A stretch of DNA of 64,000 nt. It comes from Paramoeba atlantica (lineage: Eukaryota; Protista; Discosea). The notes beneath the pieces were generated by a model that was not told where the DNA came from, did not search any database, and worked only from the letters and a program-made list of their open reading frames with translations. Location: contig CDRNVI010000012.1 of the NCBI GenBank assembly GCA_977017575.1, forward strand, positions 186,001 to 250,000, read 5' to 3'. Position 1 is the stretch's first letter; every line of letters starts with the position of its first letter. Below, one piece after another: positions 20,499 through 30,464 of this stretch. The position numbers were made by a program, and so were the translations under genes.

Positions 20499-20794
20499 GT
20501 GATGACGAAAAAAGTGACTAGGCCGGGTTGAACGGAGTCATGTGAACATCAACTGCAATGTCTGGAAAACTCTGTACAGTCACGTGTATCAGAAGTAACA
20601 GAAGAGAAAAAATGTTTTAAACGACACATTTATTTCATACATTTCGTTTCGTACATTTCGTCTGACATTAATGGGTTTATTGTAAATAAATTGTCGTACT
20701 TACATGAAAAAGAATACGTTTTTTTTCAACGATGTTCTCTTAATAGCAGAAAAGTATATTACATGTACTATACCTTAGTACGTTACACGGAGAT

Positions 20795-21592
20795 CTACTC
20801 ATTGTATAATGCATTGAAGTTTAGATCCTGGCTAGAATTACCGGAGTTATACCCAGAAATCGAAGAGTTCCCTTTATCTCTGTTCAAGCCCAGCCCAGAA
20901 ATAAAAGAGTCCCCTTTATCTTTGTTCATCAAATTTCGGGCAATAGCGTAGTACGCTAAAACCATGATCAGAAGCCGGCGTGCCCACTGCAGAGTTCCGG
21001 AACTCCGAAAGCGCGACCAAAATGACAGCAAAACCGACTTCACGGAGCGAGGACGCAAAGCGCTACTCAACTCCTCAACCTCCTCTCCCTGCGGCAACAA
21101 AAACTCCCCACACTCCGTCTTCCACCCCGAAAGACGCGTCGCAAAATGCAACAACGTACCCGCGGACGACTGCACCGTATGCGCCACCATCCCCAACATA
21201 TCCATCACACGTGTGAGCAACATAAACATGGCATGCCCCCGTTGCTCCAAATCCCCCCAAACCCCTCCTCCGGACATCCCCCCGTACCCCATTCCCCCGT
21301 ACCCCATTCCCCCATACCCCATTCCCCCGTACCCCATCCCCCCATAGCCCATCCCCCCGTAGCCCATCCCTCCCATCCCCCCTCGGGGTAGCCCGGTGCC
21401 GTAGCCATAGGGACGGTGCCCGGCGGGGGGGACACCGTACCCCGTGGTGTCGTAGGGCGCAGTCCCCGCTGTCGCGTTCAGGTCGTCGTGACTCCCCGAG
21501 AGGGGGGAGGAGGAGACGGGAGGGGTGGCATGGGGAGCACGGGGGTGGGAGGAGGAGCTTTGTGGGTGTGCGTTCCAAGGCTTGGGAGGCAT
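20795..21592 (-). CDS. PEX13: Peroxin 13-like peroxisome/glycosome docking protein (YG-rich, no SH3)
   Basis: N-terminal PPKPW motif, (YGGMG)x6 YG-rich tract, then hydrophobic helices. ATG at 21592. Confidence 0.75.
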   Translation of the reverse strand: MPPKPWNAHPQSSSSHPRAPHATPPVSSSPLSGSHDDLNATAGTAPYDTTGYGVPPAGHRPYGYGTGLPRGGMGGMGYGGMGYGGMGYGGMGYGGMGYGGMGYGGMSGGGVWGDLEQRGHAMFMLLTRVMDMLGMVAHTVQSSAGTLLHFATRLSGWKTECGEFLLPQGEEVEELSSALRPRSVKSVLLSFWSRFRSSGTLQWARRLLIMVLAYYAIARNLMNKDKGDSFISGLGLNRDKGNSSISGYNSGNSSQDLNFNALYNE

Positions 21593-21698
21593 GGAGGGGG
21601 TTGTTGTTGTAACCAATGAATAAAAATGGATGGGGTTGGGGAAATAAAAATTTGGTTTACTACAATAGTTTTGGTACAATTGCTTATACAATGTTGTT

Positions 21699-21779
21699 AA
21701 CCCGGGGGTCGGATTACCGTTTAAATTGCGCATTACCGTTTAAATATGAATTTAAACGGTAATGCGACAGACGGGTTAA
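21699..21779. repeat. Palindromic mini-element / hairpin
   Basis: Perfect 17-bp inverted repeat (21729-21745 / 21750-21766, 4-nt loop), an extra direct copy of ATTACCGTTTAAAT at 21713-21726, and outer TTAACCCG/CGGGTTAA ends. Confidence 0.8.
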
Positions 21780-21974
21780 TAGGGAATATACTTCCGTATA
21801 GAAGATGAATTTTTTTTATAGAGAAAAAACTAAAAAGAAGAGGTAAAGTGTAGTGTGTTCTGTGTGTGTGTGTGTGGTAAAGGTAGAATGCTAGTTGTGA
21901 ATGTTGTTAGCAATTTTGGGTGCATTGGTGATGATTGTGTTCCTACCTCTGCAATCAAAAGGTAAAATGAGATA

Positions 21975-23203
21975 CATGAGGGGCTGCGGGTCGCGGGTTC
22001 GGTGCGGGTATTACAACAATTTTCTCTCTCTTCAGGCATTCCAGGCACCGAAGTAGAAAATCAAAATTAGATAAATCAAAATAAGAATAAGAATGGAAAG
22101 ATCCCATCCTTTAATTAACCTACTAAATTTTCAGGATCCATTTACAAGGAACCATAAATAAGTTCACAATCTACAATATGATGACGTAGTTTACACTTCA
22201 CGATTCGAAAACGATGCGATAATCTCTTTTATTCTTACGTACGCTTCTGAGAGGGAAAACTACAGGGAAGGAAAGCGCATCACGCGAGAGGAACGTGGCT
22301 TCAAAGAAACTTCCCCAAGCGAAGGTTGAGGGAGCGAGGAAGGTTGAGTGCGCGAGCTGGGTGAAGAGATCACCATAGAAGAAAGGGATTCCTCTGCGGC
22401 ATTTTCTTTACGTTGGCCACTCTTCCGTTTGCGCCACAGAGTGCATGATCTGGAACGCTTTCCTGAAACAGAACGCCACACGTTCTCCACGAACTCTCCC
22501 ACAGCTTCATGAGGAGGGGCGTAGAGAGGGTTCTGTTCCAAGAAAGCTTCCAGATCACGCGTCGCCTCTGCAAGGAAGCAGACCCCTCGTGGCAGACAAT
22601 CCAAGAGAAGGTGTCCTCGGCGCTCCACAAGGTGAAAGATGACACGCTGCAGCACTTGGGAGCTAACCTCCACGCCACACACAGAGCGTGTGGCATGTAA
22701 GTAGCTGTCCATCGTGCGCGATACGCGCCTCATGCATTCTTCCACCCGGGCTCCCAACTCCTCCTCAGTGACAACGAGCGCTGGGGGGGCGAAAGGAGTT
22801 TTGCGCTTCGTGAAGGTGCGCATAAGCGATGCGACAATGACGTCGTATACGTCATCATCGCTCGGAGATGTGTCTTTCATACGCGAGATGAACGCTTCGT
22901 TGCTCTCAACAGGGCTCATCATATTAAAAAGAGGATAATGTAAAAGAATTGTGCATGTATTACGGGGGGTATAGTAATTGTACATTTGATTTGTGTAATG
23001 CATACACCGTTCGTATACAGCAACGTATACAGCATACACCGTATTTTCACAGTAAGGCGGCTATGTACGGTAACAAGCAAAACAAATTACACTTTAAACT
23101 ACTTTATACGTGTACAATCCATTTTTTTGGGCTAAAATAGACCTTGTTCGACCTCAAATGCAAAGCGCGGGTTCGGTGATGCATACCCGCAGCCGCTCAC
23201 ATG
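21975..23203 (-). mobile_element. Non-autonomous deletion derivative of the 11897-14433 transposon (inverted orientation)
   Basis: Same termini (CATGAGGGGCTGCGGGT at 21975; ACCCGCAGCCGCTCACATG ending 23203) with TA flanks. Retains ORF1 and lacks the ~1.25-kb transposase segment. Confidence 0.9.
22260..22922 (-). CDS. Second copy of transposon orphan ORF1 (220 aa)
   Basis: Intact and collinear with 12188-12853; differences are substitutions plus one in-frame codon indel. Confidence 0.65.
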   Translation of the reverse strand: MMSPVESNEAFISRMKDTSPSDDDVYDVIVASLMRTFTKRKTPFAPPALVVTEEELGARVEECMRRVSRTMDSYLHATRSVCGVEVSSQVLQRVIFHLVERRGHLLLDCLPRGVCFLAEATRDLEAFLEQNPLYAPPHEAVGEFVENVWRSVSGKRSRSCTLWRKRKSGQRKENAAEESLSSMVISSPSSRTQPSSLPQPSLGEVSLKPRSSRVMRFPSL

Positions 23204-23283
23204 TACAAAAGAAACTAAATAATTTACATGTGTAAATAACTACTATGTGATGATATTTTCATTAGGCAACTTCAATTTAATTA

Positions 23284-24307
23284 CTGTCCCCCCCTATTTA
23301 GTGTTGAGTGAAATTCGGAAAAATTCAACACTAAATAGGAGGGGTAAGAAATCTCCTCCCCTCAAAAAAAAAGCGCGCCGCTTCGCGGCGTATTGTTTTC
23401 AAAACCATGATTATAGTATTTTTTTCACTCGGTTGGGGATACATCTTTATGAACGCTGTGGGGCATTGCCCCACGCTGTGGGGGGATGTATTTCACAAAC
23501 TGAACAAAAACCTGCCTTGATTCTTCTCTTGGATTGCTGCTCTGTACATACCACGCGCTCTGTACTTATCACGCGCAACGAAGACACTTTTTCATGGTTG
23601 CGAATTGTGTACATTCCAGCAAAGTACACATGAAGACTTCAGCCTTGCGATGTGGGTCTTTTTAACCGTTTGAAGCCAAAACTATTAGACTGCCTAATCA
23701 TGACCTTACTGAAATACTGTCAGAGTCAATACACTGAGGGAAAGCGACACTCGGTCGATCGGAGCAAAAATAAGCAGAGCACGGCTTCTTGACAGTATTA
23801 TCAAAACGTACGCCCACCTTAATGATAATCGGAACAGGTATGCCAATGGTCAAGCGTGGAGTAAGGTCGGAATTTCGCCGGAAAGTCTAAATAAGCCAGA
23901 AAACATCCTTGAAGCGATTCGCCGGGCGAGCGAACTGTTTGCAGTGATACCGGTTCTTGATGCAGCAGAAAAAATGAAGAGGACATAATTTCCCCTGAAA
24001 GTGCTGATCACCCCTTTGTTTTGTAAAAGCCTTCGCAAATTTATTTACCACCAGTAGTTAATTTTTTAGATAAATTTGTTGTTAGGAAGAGCGCTTCTCT
24101 CGACGCATTCATTTTTGCTATAAATTATATTTATAAAAATCAATGAGAGGGAGAGTAAACAATCACAAATAACAAGCAAAGATAAGAAAAAAAACGTTAT
24201 GGGGAAAAAAAATTAAGCGCCGCTTCGCGGCGCCTATACGCACCGAACCCAAAATTCAACACTAAATAGGGGGGGTTGAGCACTCAATAGTAAATAGGGG
24301 GGGACAG
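23284..24307 (+). mobile_element. pogo/Tigger-like (Tc1-mariner superfamily) DNA transposon, internally deleted
   Basis: Perfect inverted repeat TTACTGTCCCCCCCTATTTA (23281-23300) / TAAATAGGGGGGGACAGTAA (24291-24310), i.e. TA-flanked CTGTCCCCCCC ends, around a DDE_1 remnant. Confidence 0.88.
23480..23990 (+). pseudogene. DDE_1 (pogo/CENP-B-like) transposase 3' remnant
   Basis: ALILLLDCCSVH...IVYIPAKYT*RLQPCDVGLFNRLK and, after frameshifts, QAWSKVGISPE. The N-terminal HTH and first catalytic Asp are absent. Confidence 0.85.
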
Positions 24308-24413
24308 TAATATAAAAAGAAAAATACTAATGGAATGGTACTTTGACGGGCGAGTGGAAAGTAATAAACAAAAATTATGAAAAAGAAAGCAAACCATAAA
24401 CAAGAAGATATTT

Positions 24414-27400
24414 TTAATGGGCAAGAGATACCAATGCCTTTTGTGCATGAGGTGTTAAAAAGTTAAACAAGTCAATTGATGTGCTCTTTTCTAAACGTTT
24501 TCGCAGTAAAAGCAGAAACAATGCAACGCTTATGTCTTGATGCAGTGAGAGTACTTCGTCGCCAAAGACAGTAAAGCATACAAGCATCGCTGTTCCCAAA
24601 TGGAAAGAAGGAAGGCACGCCAAAAAAGTGACACATTCTGGGAGTAATGGGAGAGAGTGAATAAAATTATCGTGCGTGAAGTTCTGAAAGAAGACTCGGA
24701 CAGGCCGACGAATCATATCCTCGCATGCCATGTGAAATTTCAATACTGTATTGGTAACGTCAAAGAGTGTAGGTAAGGACAACACGCGTATCTCACTGGT
24801 AACGTTCAGAAACTGCAACCGAGACTCAACTTCGCGTTCCCTGATAGACAATAGAAGCACCGATACAATGAGAAATTGTCTGCATAGTGTAAGCACGTTA
24901 TTTTCGAGCGTTCCAGCCTCTTGACTATTCAGTATTCCACTGTCAAGCAAAAGCACTCCATGAGTAGGAGAAAGGATCAGATCAGCGGGATGATGTGAGT
25001 CGGCTGAATGGACCACACCATGAGAGATCGTATTTATGTTCATGTCTTCGCCCGTTGTCTTATCCCCTGGGGGTACAAGACGAAATACATGAGAAAGAGA
25101 CGGAAATCGTTCCATACACTTCGCACTAATGAAAATTATGTCTAAATGATCGCGGGATCCAAAATATGATGCTAGGCAAGAAGAGCTCTCTTCGGACAAA
25201 GATAGCTCATTCGTGGAATGTTCGAAATTCCGTGGGGAAAAAACTGGAGTTGGTGAACTTGTAGAGACCTCAGGGTGTTCGCTGTTGCGAGTACGGAAAG
25301 AGAAAGCCATATCGTATTCTAGAAGTGCCCGATGAATAGAACATCGTTCTGTGTACGACGGAATTATTGTTCGTGGATAGATAAACTGTGTATAGAGTAG
25401 ATTTTCGTTTTGTACTGCGGGATGAAAAGTTTTACCTTGCTCAAAAGCACAGTACGATGGTAAGTTTAAAAAGAAACCCAATGGATGATAGTCGCTCTCC
25501 AAGAAATCGTATATAACAACCAAAATATGGGTAGGATAAAGCGTGTTAGACTTCTGATTCCTCAGGGTTTCATCCAGACTATTAATACGGACCACTGCAA
25601 GACCATTAAAAATACGACGCACAGCGTGCAGATTGGCATCCCTACTTACAGCAATTAGAGTTAGATGTTCGTAAAATTGAGTTCGATAACCAAACGTTTT
25701 TAAAGATCTACTTGACGCGGTTTCAATCGAACTCAGAAAATGTGTTCTTGAAACCTCGGAAAAAAGGCAACGATCTCGAATCCAACGCCCTACTACCTCT
25801 TGCTTGACAAGCTTCTCATACCTTTTCTTAGAAAATAAATACTTGCGCAGACTTTCTAGCACCGAGGAAATTCCATAGCGCTCACAGTAATGGAACGCAG
25901 TAAAGCTTTTTACATTAAGTATTGATGACCAGTGATGGTGTTCCAGTTTTTCCCAGAGCACCACTCCTTCCTCTCGTCCAAGCGAGTAGATTGTCTCGTA
26001 AAACAATACAAAGACATGAAGATACAAAAGCAAGGTACGATTGACTGGTAATGTCAGATTTCGCGTGTTCGTGTCTTTTAACCACTGAATAGATATAGTC
26101 GAATCGATAGGTAGATGAGAAGAATTATGCACGTGTCTGGGTGCGTGTGCAGGAAATTCTCTGTAATCTTTGCAATCGTCGTATATGGTGTTTATACCTT
26201 TTTTTAATTTTGTTAGCGTATCAATGAAATCGATGTCCTCACTTTCCACGTCGCAATATAGCTTGTTGAATCCAGGTGCGCAATTATAGCTTCCTTCGCT
26301 GGACTTTGAGTGATTTTCAGGCTTTGGGCATCGGATACAGTACACCTTATCTGTATTTTCCAACATTTTTCTGCTCTCGAATAATGCAAAATGAAAAACC
26401 GGACAGCAAACGCTGTACTGAGTTGATAATTCTTGAGTAAACTTCCTGAAATACGCACCCCAATTGAATCCCGCGTACGGTCCGTACATTATAAGAGACA
26501 GAGACGTAATCCAATCCATTTCGCAGGAACACAATGCGTCAGCGGCGTCCTCTGGGGTAGCCAATATAATGGCCGGTGTCTTGATTGAGTTATACGCATG
26601 ACGACTGCTTTTGGATAGACGAGAAACATGATAGGTACTTTCTAAACTACTTCGAAGAACGTCAAACACAAATCGCGAGTTGCGCTCCCCGGGCACTATG
26701 AATAAAACGAGTTGACTACAAACTTTGCATAACAGGTGCAGAAATGTGGAGATAAACTGCCATACTCTGAAGCAAGGGGAGTAAACGATCGAGATTGACG
26801 TACACGTACCATCCGTTCTTTCAACGCAAGTGCATAGCTGCAATATTTGATTCAAAACATCGTCAAGCACTTTTACCCCAGTAAAGGACCTTTCCGTACA
26901 TACATCATCTAAATTTACCTTTGATTGTTCCTGAGTATCTATCTCGCGTTTGTTCACGTCTTCCAATCTAAGGAACAAGTCTTCTATCTCAGCTCCCATT
27001 GAGTCATTAGAGATATCCTCCTTCCTATGTGCGACAAAAATTGCGCTACGTATTCCCGCCATTAAATCTAATGTGCTCTCCAAAAAAGAGAAAATGTCTT
27101 TCAAGGAGTTTGCTTCAGTTCGAAGCGTCCTGTTCCAGAATTGAATAGCACCATATTCAAGGTTCTCGCTGTAAGTATCCTCATGAAAAAGAAAAGATGC
27201 GTTGCCTCCTGATCTATCTTGTGACAACATAGTGGATGCAGATACAGTATCGGTGACGTACTTGTGTACAAAAGGAGCACATAAAGTGTCAAGTTCTGAT
27301 GATTCCCACTTATGGAGGTACATCCATGATGTTGCTTCCTCCGGTAGTGAGTTAAATGACTTTGCGAAGTCAAGCAAACACGATGAAAAGCACTCCTGGA

Positions 27401-28748
27401 TACCGACTTTCTCGTGAGAGTACTCTTTTGTCTCTGTTGAACGAGAGAAATATACCCCGTCAAGCCATCTTTCAGGAATGTTGATATCGTTGAGAGGCAG
27501 TGTTGGAAGGGGCAACACCTTCATTTCACCACAAAGTTGTGCTTCGGCGCCTAGCAAGAGACACTCATTGTATATCGAAAGCGCCTCCCGTTTTTGAAGC
27601 AGAGGATAAAGTTGGTTTGAAATTTGAATGTAATTTATGTGCAAAAGACTGATTGCCCGACCGTATAAATCAGATTTTAAAATTTGTGATTCGAAAACCC
27701 ATGTATTTAGAATATCGTCTGAAACAAATCGAGGGAAAACGAAATCTCGTTCGAGAAAGGAATCAACAGTATCGCCGCCTTCGAAGACTATGGTTTCTAG
27801 CTGGCTACTAAGATTCATTTCGGATTCATCCAAACTATGCGGTGCCTCAGCAGTGCATGCTTTCGTTTCACTTAATTCAGACGCATTATCGAGCGGATAA
27901 CGAATTACAAAGACTGTTTTCTTCATAGACTCCGAAGTATCTGGTTGTATGGTAGGCTTGCTCATTTCGTTTAGCATTGTTAAGTATTTACCAGTATTAA
28001 ACTCACCACAGAAGGACAAATTATCACGTTCGTTGAAGGTAGAATATTTTATTCCGCCATCTAGCGGATACTTATGGCCGATGTACTGCAGCGCATTACT
28101 CGAGTTAGTATTTTCCACAAAACTAGAGATCGGCGAAATATCAATGCTCTCCAAAGAATCTTGAAGTGATTTGTCTATCAGATCATGACATTGTTCTTGC
28201 GCAGTGGAAACCTCCTTATTTTTGAAAGGAGACTCTATACCTTCGTATATGCAGTGTTGCAGTTGAAAGATCTCCGAAAAATTACCAAGTCTGTTGATTG
28301 CTGCATCTGCCTCTAAAATCCTATCGTATTTAATCTTAGTGCCAATACTATGAAAATATATCTCTGGTACGATCATACGAGGTGCGACTTGTTCGTTTGC
28401 CATTAACTCGAGGGTTGACTTTGGGGTATCGCGAGTATGTACTTGCATGGGTCGGATCGATTTCACATCCTCCAAAAAAGACTCGTTGTGGAAAACCAGA
28501 TTTTCTAGCGCCCGAATGTCAAACTCTGTAAACAACGCCCTGCCTTGGACCTGCGCTATTTTCTCGGATATTGAATGCTGAAGAATTATATGATATACAT
28601 TTCGGTAACATTCAGAACTCTGAAAACAAGGATAAGAGTTCTCCCACGGTATTGATCCGATAGATGCAGGATACAAAGGAAAAATAGAGAATGGTGGCGC
28701 ATAATGCACTGTACAAGCGTTCTCGTTTGTGTAATTCAAGCGAAACAT
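24414..28748 (-). CDS. Large hypothetical protein with C-terminal XPF/ERCC4-like plus HhH-like region (possible SHOC1/Zip2)
   Basis: 1444-aa intact ORF from ATG 28748. C-terminal ADLILSPTHGVLLL and ECVTFLACLPSFHLGTAMLV resemble SHOC1-type ERCC4/HhH segments. The CDS is secure; the family is tentative. Confidence 0.55.
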   Translation of the reverse strand: MFRLNYTNENACTVHYAPPFSIFPLYPASIGSIPWENSYPCFQSSECYRNVYHIILQHSISEKIAQVQGRALFTEFDIRALENLVFHNESFLEDVKSIRPMQVHTRDTPKSTLELMANEQVAPRMIVPEIYFHSIGTKIKYDRILEADAAINRLGNFSEIFQLQHCIYEGIESPFKNKEVSTAQEQCHDLIDKSLQDSLESIDISPISSFVENTNSSNALQYIGHKYPLDGGIKYSTFNERDNLSFCGEFNTGKYLTMLNEMSKPTIQPDTSESMKKTVFVIRYPLDNASELSETKACTAEAPHSLDESEMNLSSQLETIVFEGGDTVDSFLERDFVFPRFVSDDILNTWVFESQILKSDLYGRAISLLHINYIQISNQLYPLLQKREALSIYNECLLLGAEAQLCGEMKVLPLPTLPLNDINIPERWLDGVYFSRSTETKEYSHEKVGIQECFSSCLLDFAKSFNSLPEEATSWMYLHKWESSELDTLCAPFVHKYVTDTVSASTMLSQDRSGGNASFLFHEDTYSENLEYGAIQFWNRTLRTEANSLKDIFSFLESTLDLMAGIRSAIFVAHRKEDISNDSMGAEIEDLFLRLEDVNKREIDTQEQSKVNLDDVCTERSFTGVKVLDDVLNQILQLCTCVERTDGTCTSISIVYSPCFRVWQFISTFLHLLCKVCSQLVLFIVPGERNSRFVFDVLRSSLESTYHVSRLSKSSRHAYNSIKTPAIILATPEDAADALCSCEMDWITSLSLIMYGPYAGFNWGAYFRKFTQELSTQYSVCCPVFHFALFESRKMLENTDKVYCIRCPKPENHSKSSEGSYNCAPGFNKLYCDVESEDIDFIDTLTKLKKGINTIYDDCKDYREFPAHAPRHVHNSSHLPIDSTISIQWLKDTNTRNLTLPVNRTLLLYLHVFVLFYETIYSLGREEGVVLWEKLEHHHWSSILNVKSFTAFHYCERYGISSVLESLRKYLFSKKRYEKLVKQEVVGRWIRDRCLFSEVSRTHFLSSIETASSRSLKTFGYRTQFYEHLTLIAVSRDANLHAVRRIFNGLAVVRINSLDETLRNQKSNTLYPTHILVVIYDFLESDYHPLGFFLNLPSYCAFEQGKTFHPAVQNENLLYTQFIYPRTIIPSYTERCSIHRALLEYDMAFSFRTRNSEHPEVSTSSPTPVFSPRNFEHSTNELSLSEESSSCLASYFGSRDHLDIIFISAKCMERFPSLSHVFRLVPPGDKTTGEDMNINTISHGVVHSADSHHPADLILSPTHGVLLLDSGILNSQEAGTLENNVLTLCRQFLIVSVLLLSIREREVESRLQFLNVTSEIRVLSLPTLFDVTNTVLKFHMACEDMIRRPVRVFFQNFTHDNFIHSLPLLPECVTFLACLPSFHLGTAMLVCFTVFGDEVLSLHQDISVALFLLLLRKRLEKSTSIDLFNFLTPHAQKALVSLAH

Positions 28749-29324
28749 TGTTATAAAAGGGACATTTTCGCGAAAATATATATTCACGATGAGGTGTGGA
28801 TGAGTGCCTCCCACTCGACTTTCAAGTACGAAAAGTTGATGAAAAATAGTGAAGAAATAGAGGAATATTGCAATGCACAGTAAGTAGTGAGTTCAGCCAA
28901 GAGCGAAGACCCTGATTCTACAGGAAGTCTAGTGGAAATTTAGGATAAACACATAAAAAAACGCATACCAGTCTAGCAACGAGAATTGATTAGAGGGAAA
29001 AACACCCTCATTTGAAACTAATAATTACTTACTAATAATTACTTACTTAACTAATAATAACTACCTAATTTGAAAATCGCCTTTTCAAGCTCACTCAGTT
29101 AACAACTTCACTGATGTGCGCAGAAAATATTAAGCTCAAAACTTGTTGCAGATCAGTTGCGAACTTTAGCACCCGAAGTAACAAAATGTTATCGATCCTT
29201 GGCTGAGATTCCAGCTTCATGAAACACTCTCGCGGCTAGCAGCGCCCCGAGACGTTGTCTCTAATCCATGTTGACCGAGTTGAAGTTTTCATAGAGCAAG
29301 GATAATAATGATGTTGAACACCAC

Positions 29325-30254
29325 TTATGTTTTGAAATCTTTTACTTTTTCAAGCCAGCCCATAAACGCTGATCTGGACGTTAGTTTATGTTTGAATGGG
29401 AAGTACACCTCTTCCCATGTAGTAGCGGCTGTTTTAGTCATTAAGTACAAGCCACCGCTGTCAAGTGCAAATACGAAACCATCCAAATTATGTTGGCTGC
29501 GTTCGCTATTCATGTAATTTATTATACAGGAACGACATTTAAATAGCACACGCAATAATTCGGAACTGTACAGGGCCAATGGATCCATTGGCAGAGGGTG
29601 AGTATTCGGAATCTCATGTACTTTTGCTGCTGCATCGATAAATGAGGCATTGAGAGCATAAAGCTCGTATACGCACAATCCCATACTGTGAATAGCATCA
29701 GACCAGTCTTCAGTGTTCGTATTACCCTGGTCAATACAGGTCGGCGCACATTGCAGGCGATAAACACCTCGTATCGCACTAAAAAGGTTAGCTTCTTGTG
29801 ACGCACGTCCTGGTGCACTGAAAGGAACATGTGTTACTTTAACTGCTTTAACAGTGAGCAAACTCCTCGGAGGATAGGTTCCTATTTGACGAAACCAATG
29901 AAAAAGCTGCGGATCTGTATGACCGACCATTAGTCCACATGAATGAGTCGTTGCAATGTTATTGCAGTGCAAGCTTTCTCGTGGAAGACAAAGAAATAAG
30001 TGCTCCGGAGTGCTGATTTCACGAGACAGAAAGGAAAAACAGTGTAAGTCGCTAATCACATTTGCTGTGACACTTTTTAGATCATTTTTATTGGTATCTT
30101 GATTCGAGAGTGTAGGATCTGATGTGAGACCCGTAGTGACTTGGGCGACACTGTGAGTCCTCAGAGTGTGCCAAAAGCGGGAAAGCCAGAATCCAGTACT
30201 TAAAGATCCTGGTAGGGGCTTGAATTTGTATTCCATGTCTGCTACTGAGCACAT
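29325..30254 (-). CDS. Hypothetical protein
   Basis: 309-aa intact ORF on the cluster strand. One weak kinase-subdomain-IX-like segment (DAIHSMGLCVYELY) without other kinase motifs. Confidence 0.7.
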   Translation of the reverse strand: MCSVADMEYKFKPLPGSLSTGFWLSRFWHTLRTHSVAQVTTGLTSDPTLSNQDTNKNDLKSVTANVISDLHCFSFLSREISTPEHLFLCLPRESLHCNNIATTHSCGLMVGHTDPQLFHWFRQIGTYPPRSLLTVKAVKVTHVPFSAPGRASQEANLFSAIRGVYRLQCAPTCIDQGNTNTEDWSDAIHSMGLCVYELYALNASFIDAAAKVHEIPNTHPLPMDPLALYSSELLRVLFKCRSCIINYMNSERSQHNLDGFVFALDSGGLYLMTKTAATTWEEVYFPFKHKLTSRSAFMGWLEKVKDFKT

Positions 30255-30464
30255 ACATTTTTAGTGTTTTAAGACTGACTTTCAAAGAAAAATATGTATA
30301 ATTCATTCGCTTGCTAAAACGTCGGAAACATCGCTTAAAGATCCTTGCGGGTAAGTTACATTGCACACAAGAAGGAATGGTGCACTACTTAAAAAAAGAC
30401 ATTCTTGTACCTGCATGATACTCGTACTGTACCCTTACAAACTCTATATACTGCATAAAATTAT

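Noticed and set aside
29015-29070. ACTAATAATTACTT tandem and other short low-complexity repeats (4257-4320, 37960-37990, 56822-56866)
   Set aside because: Simple slippage-type repeats with no further structure.
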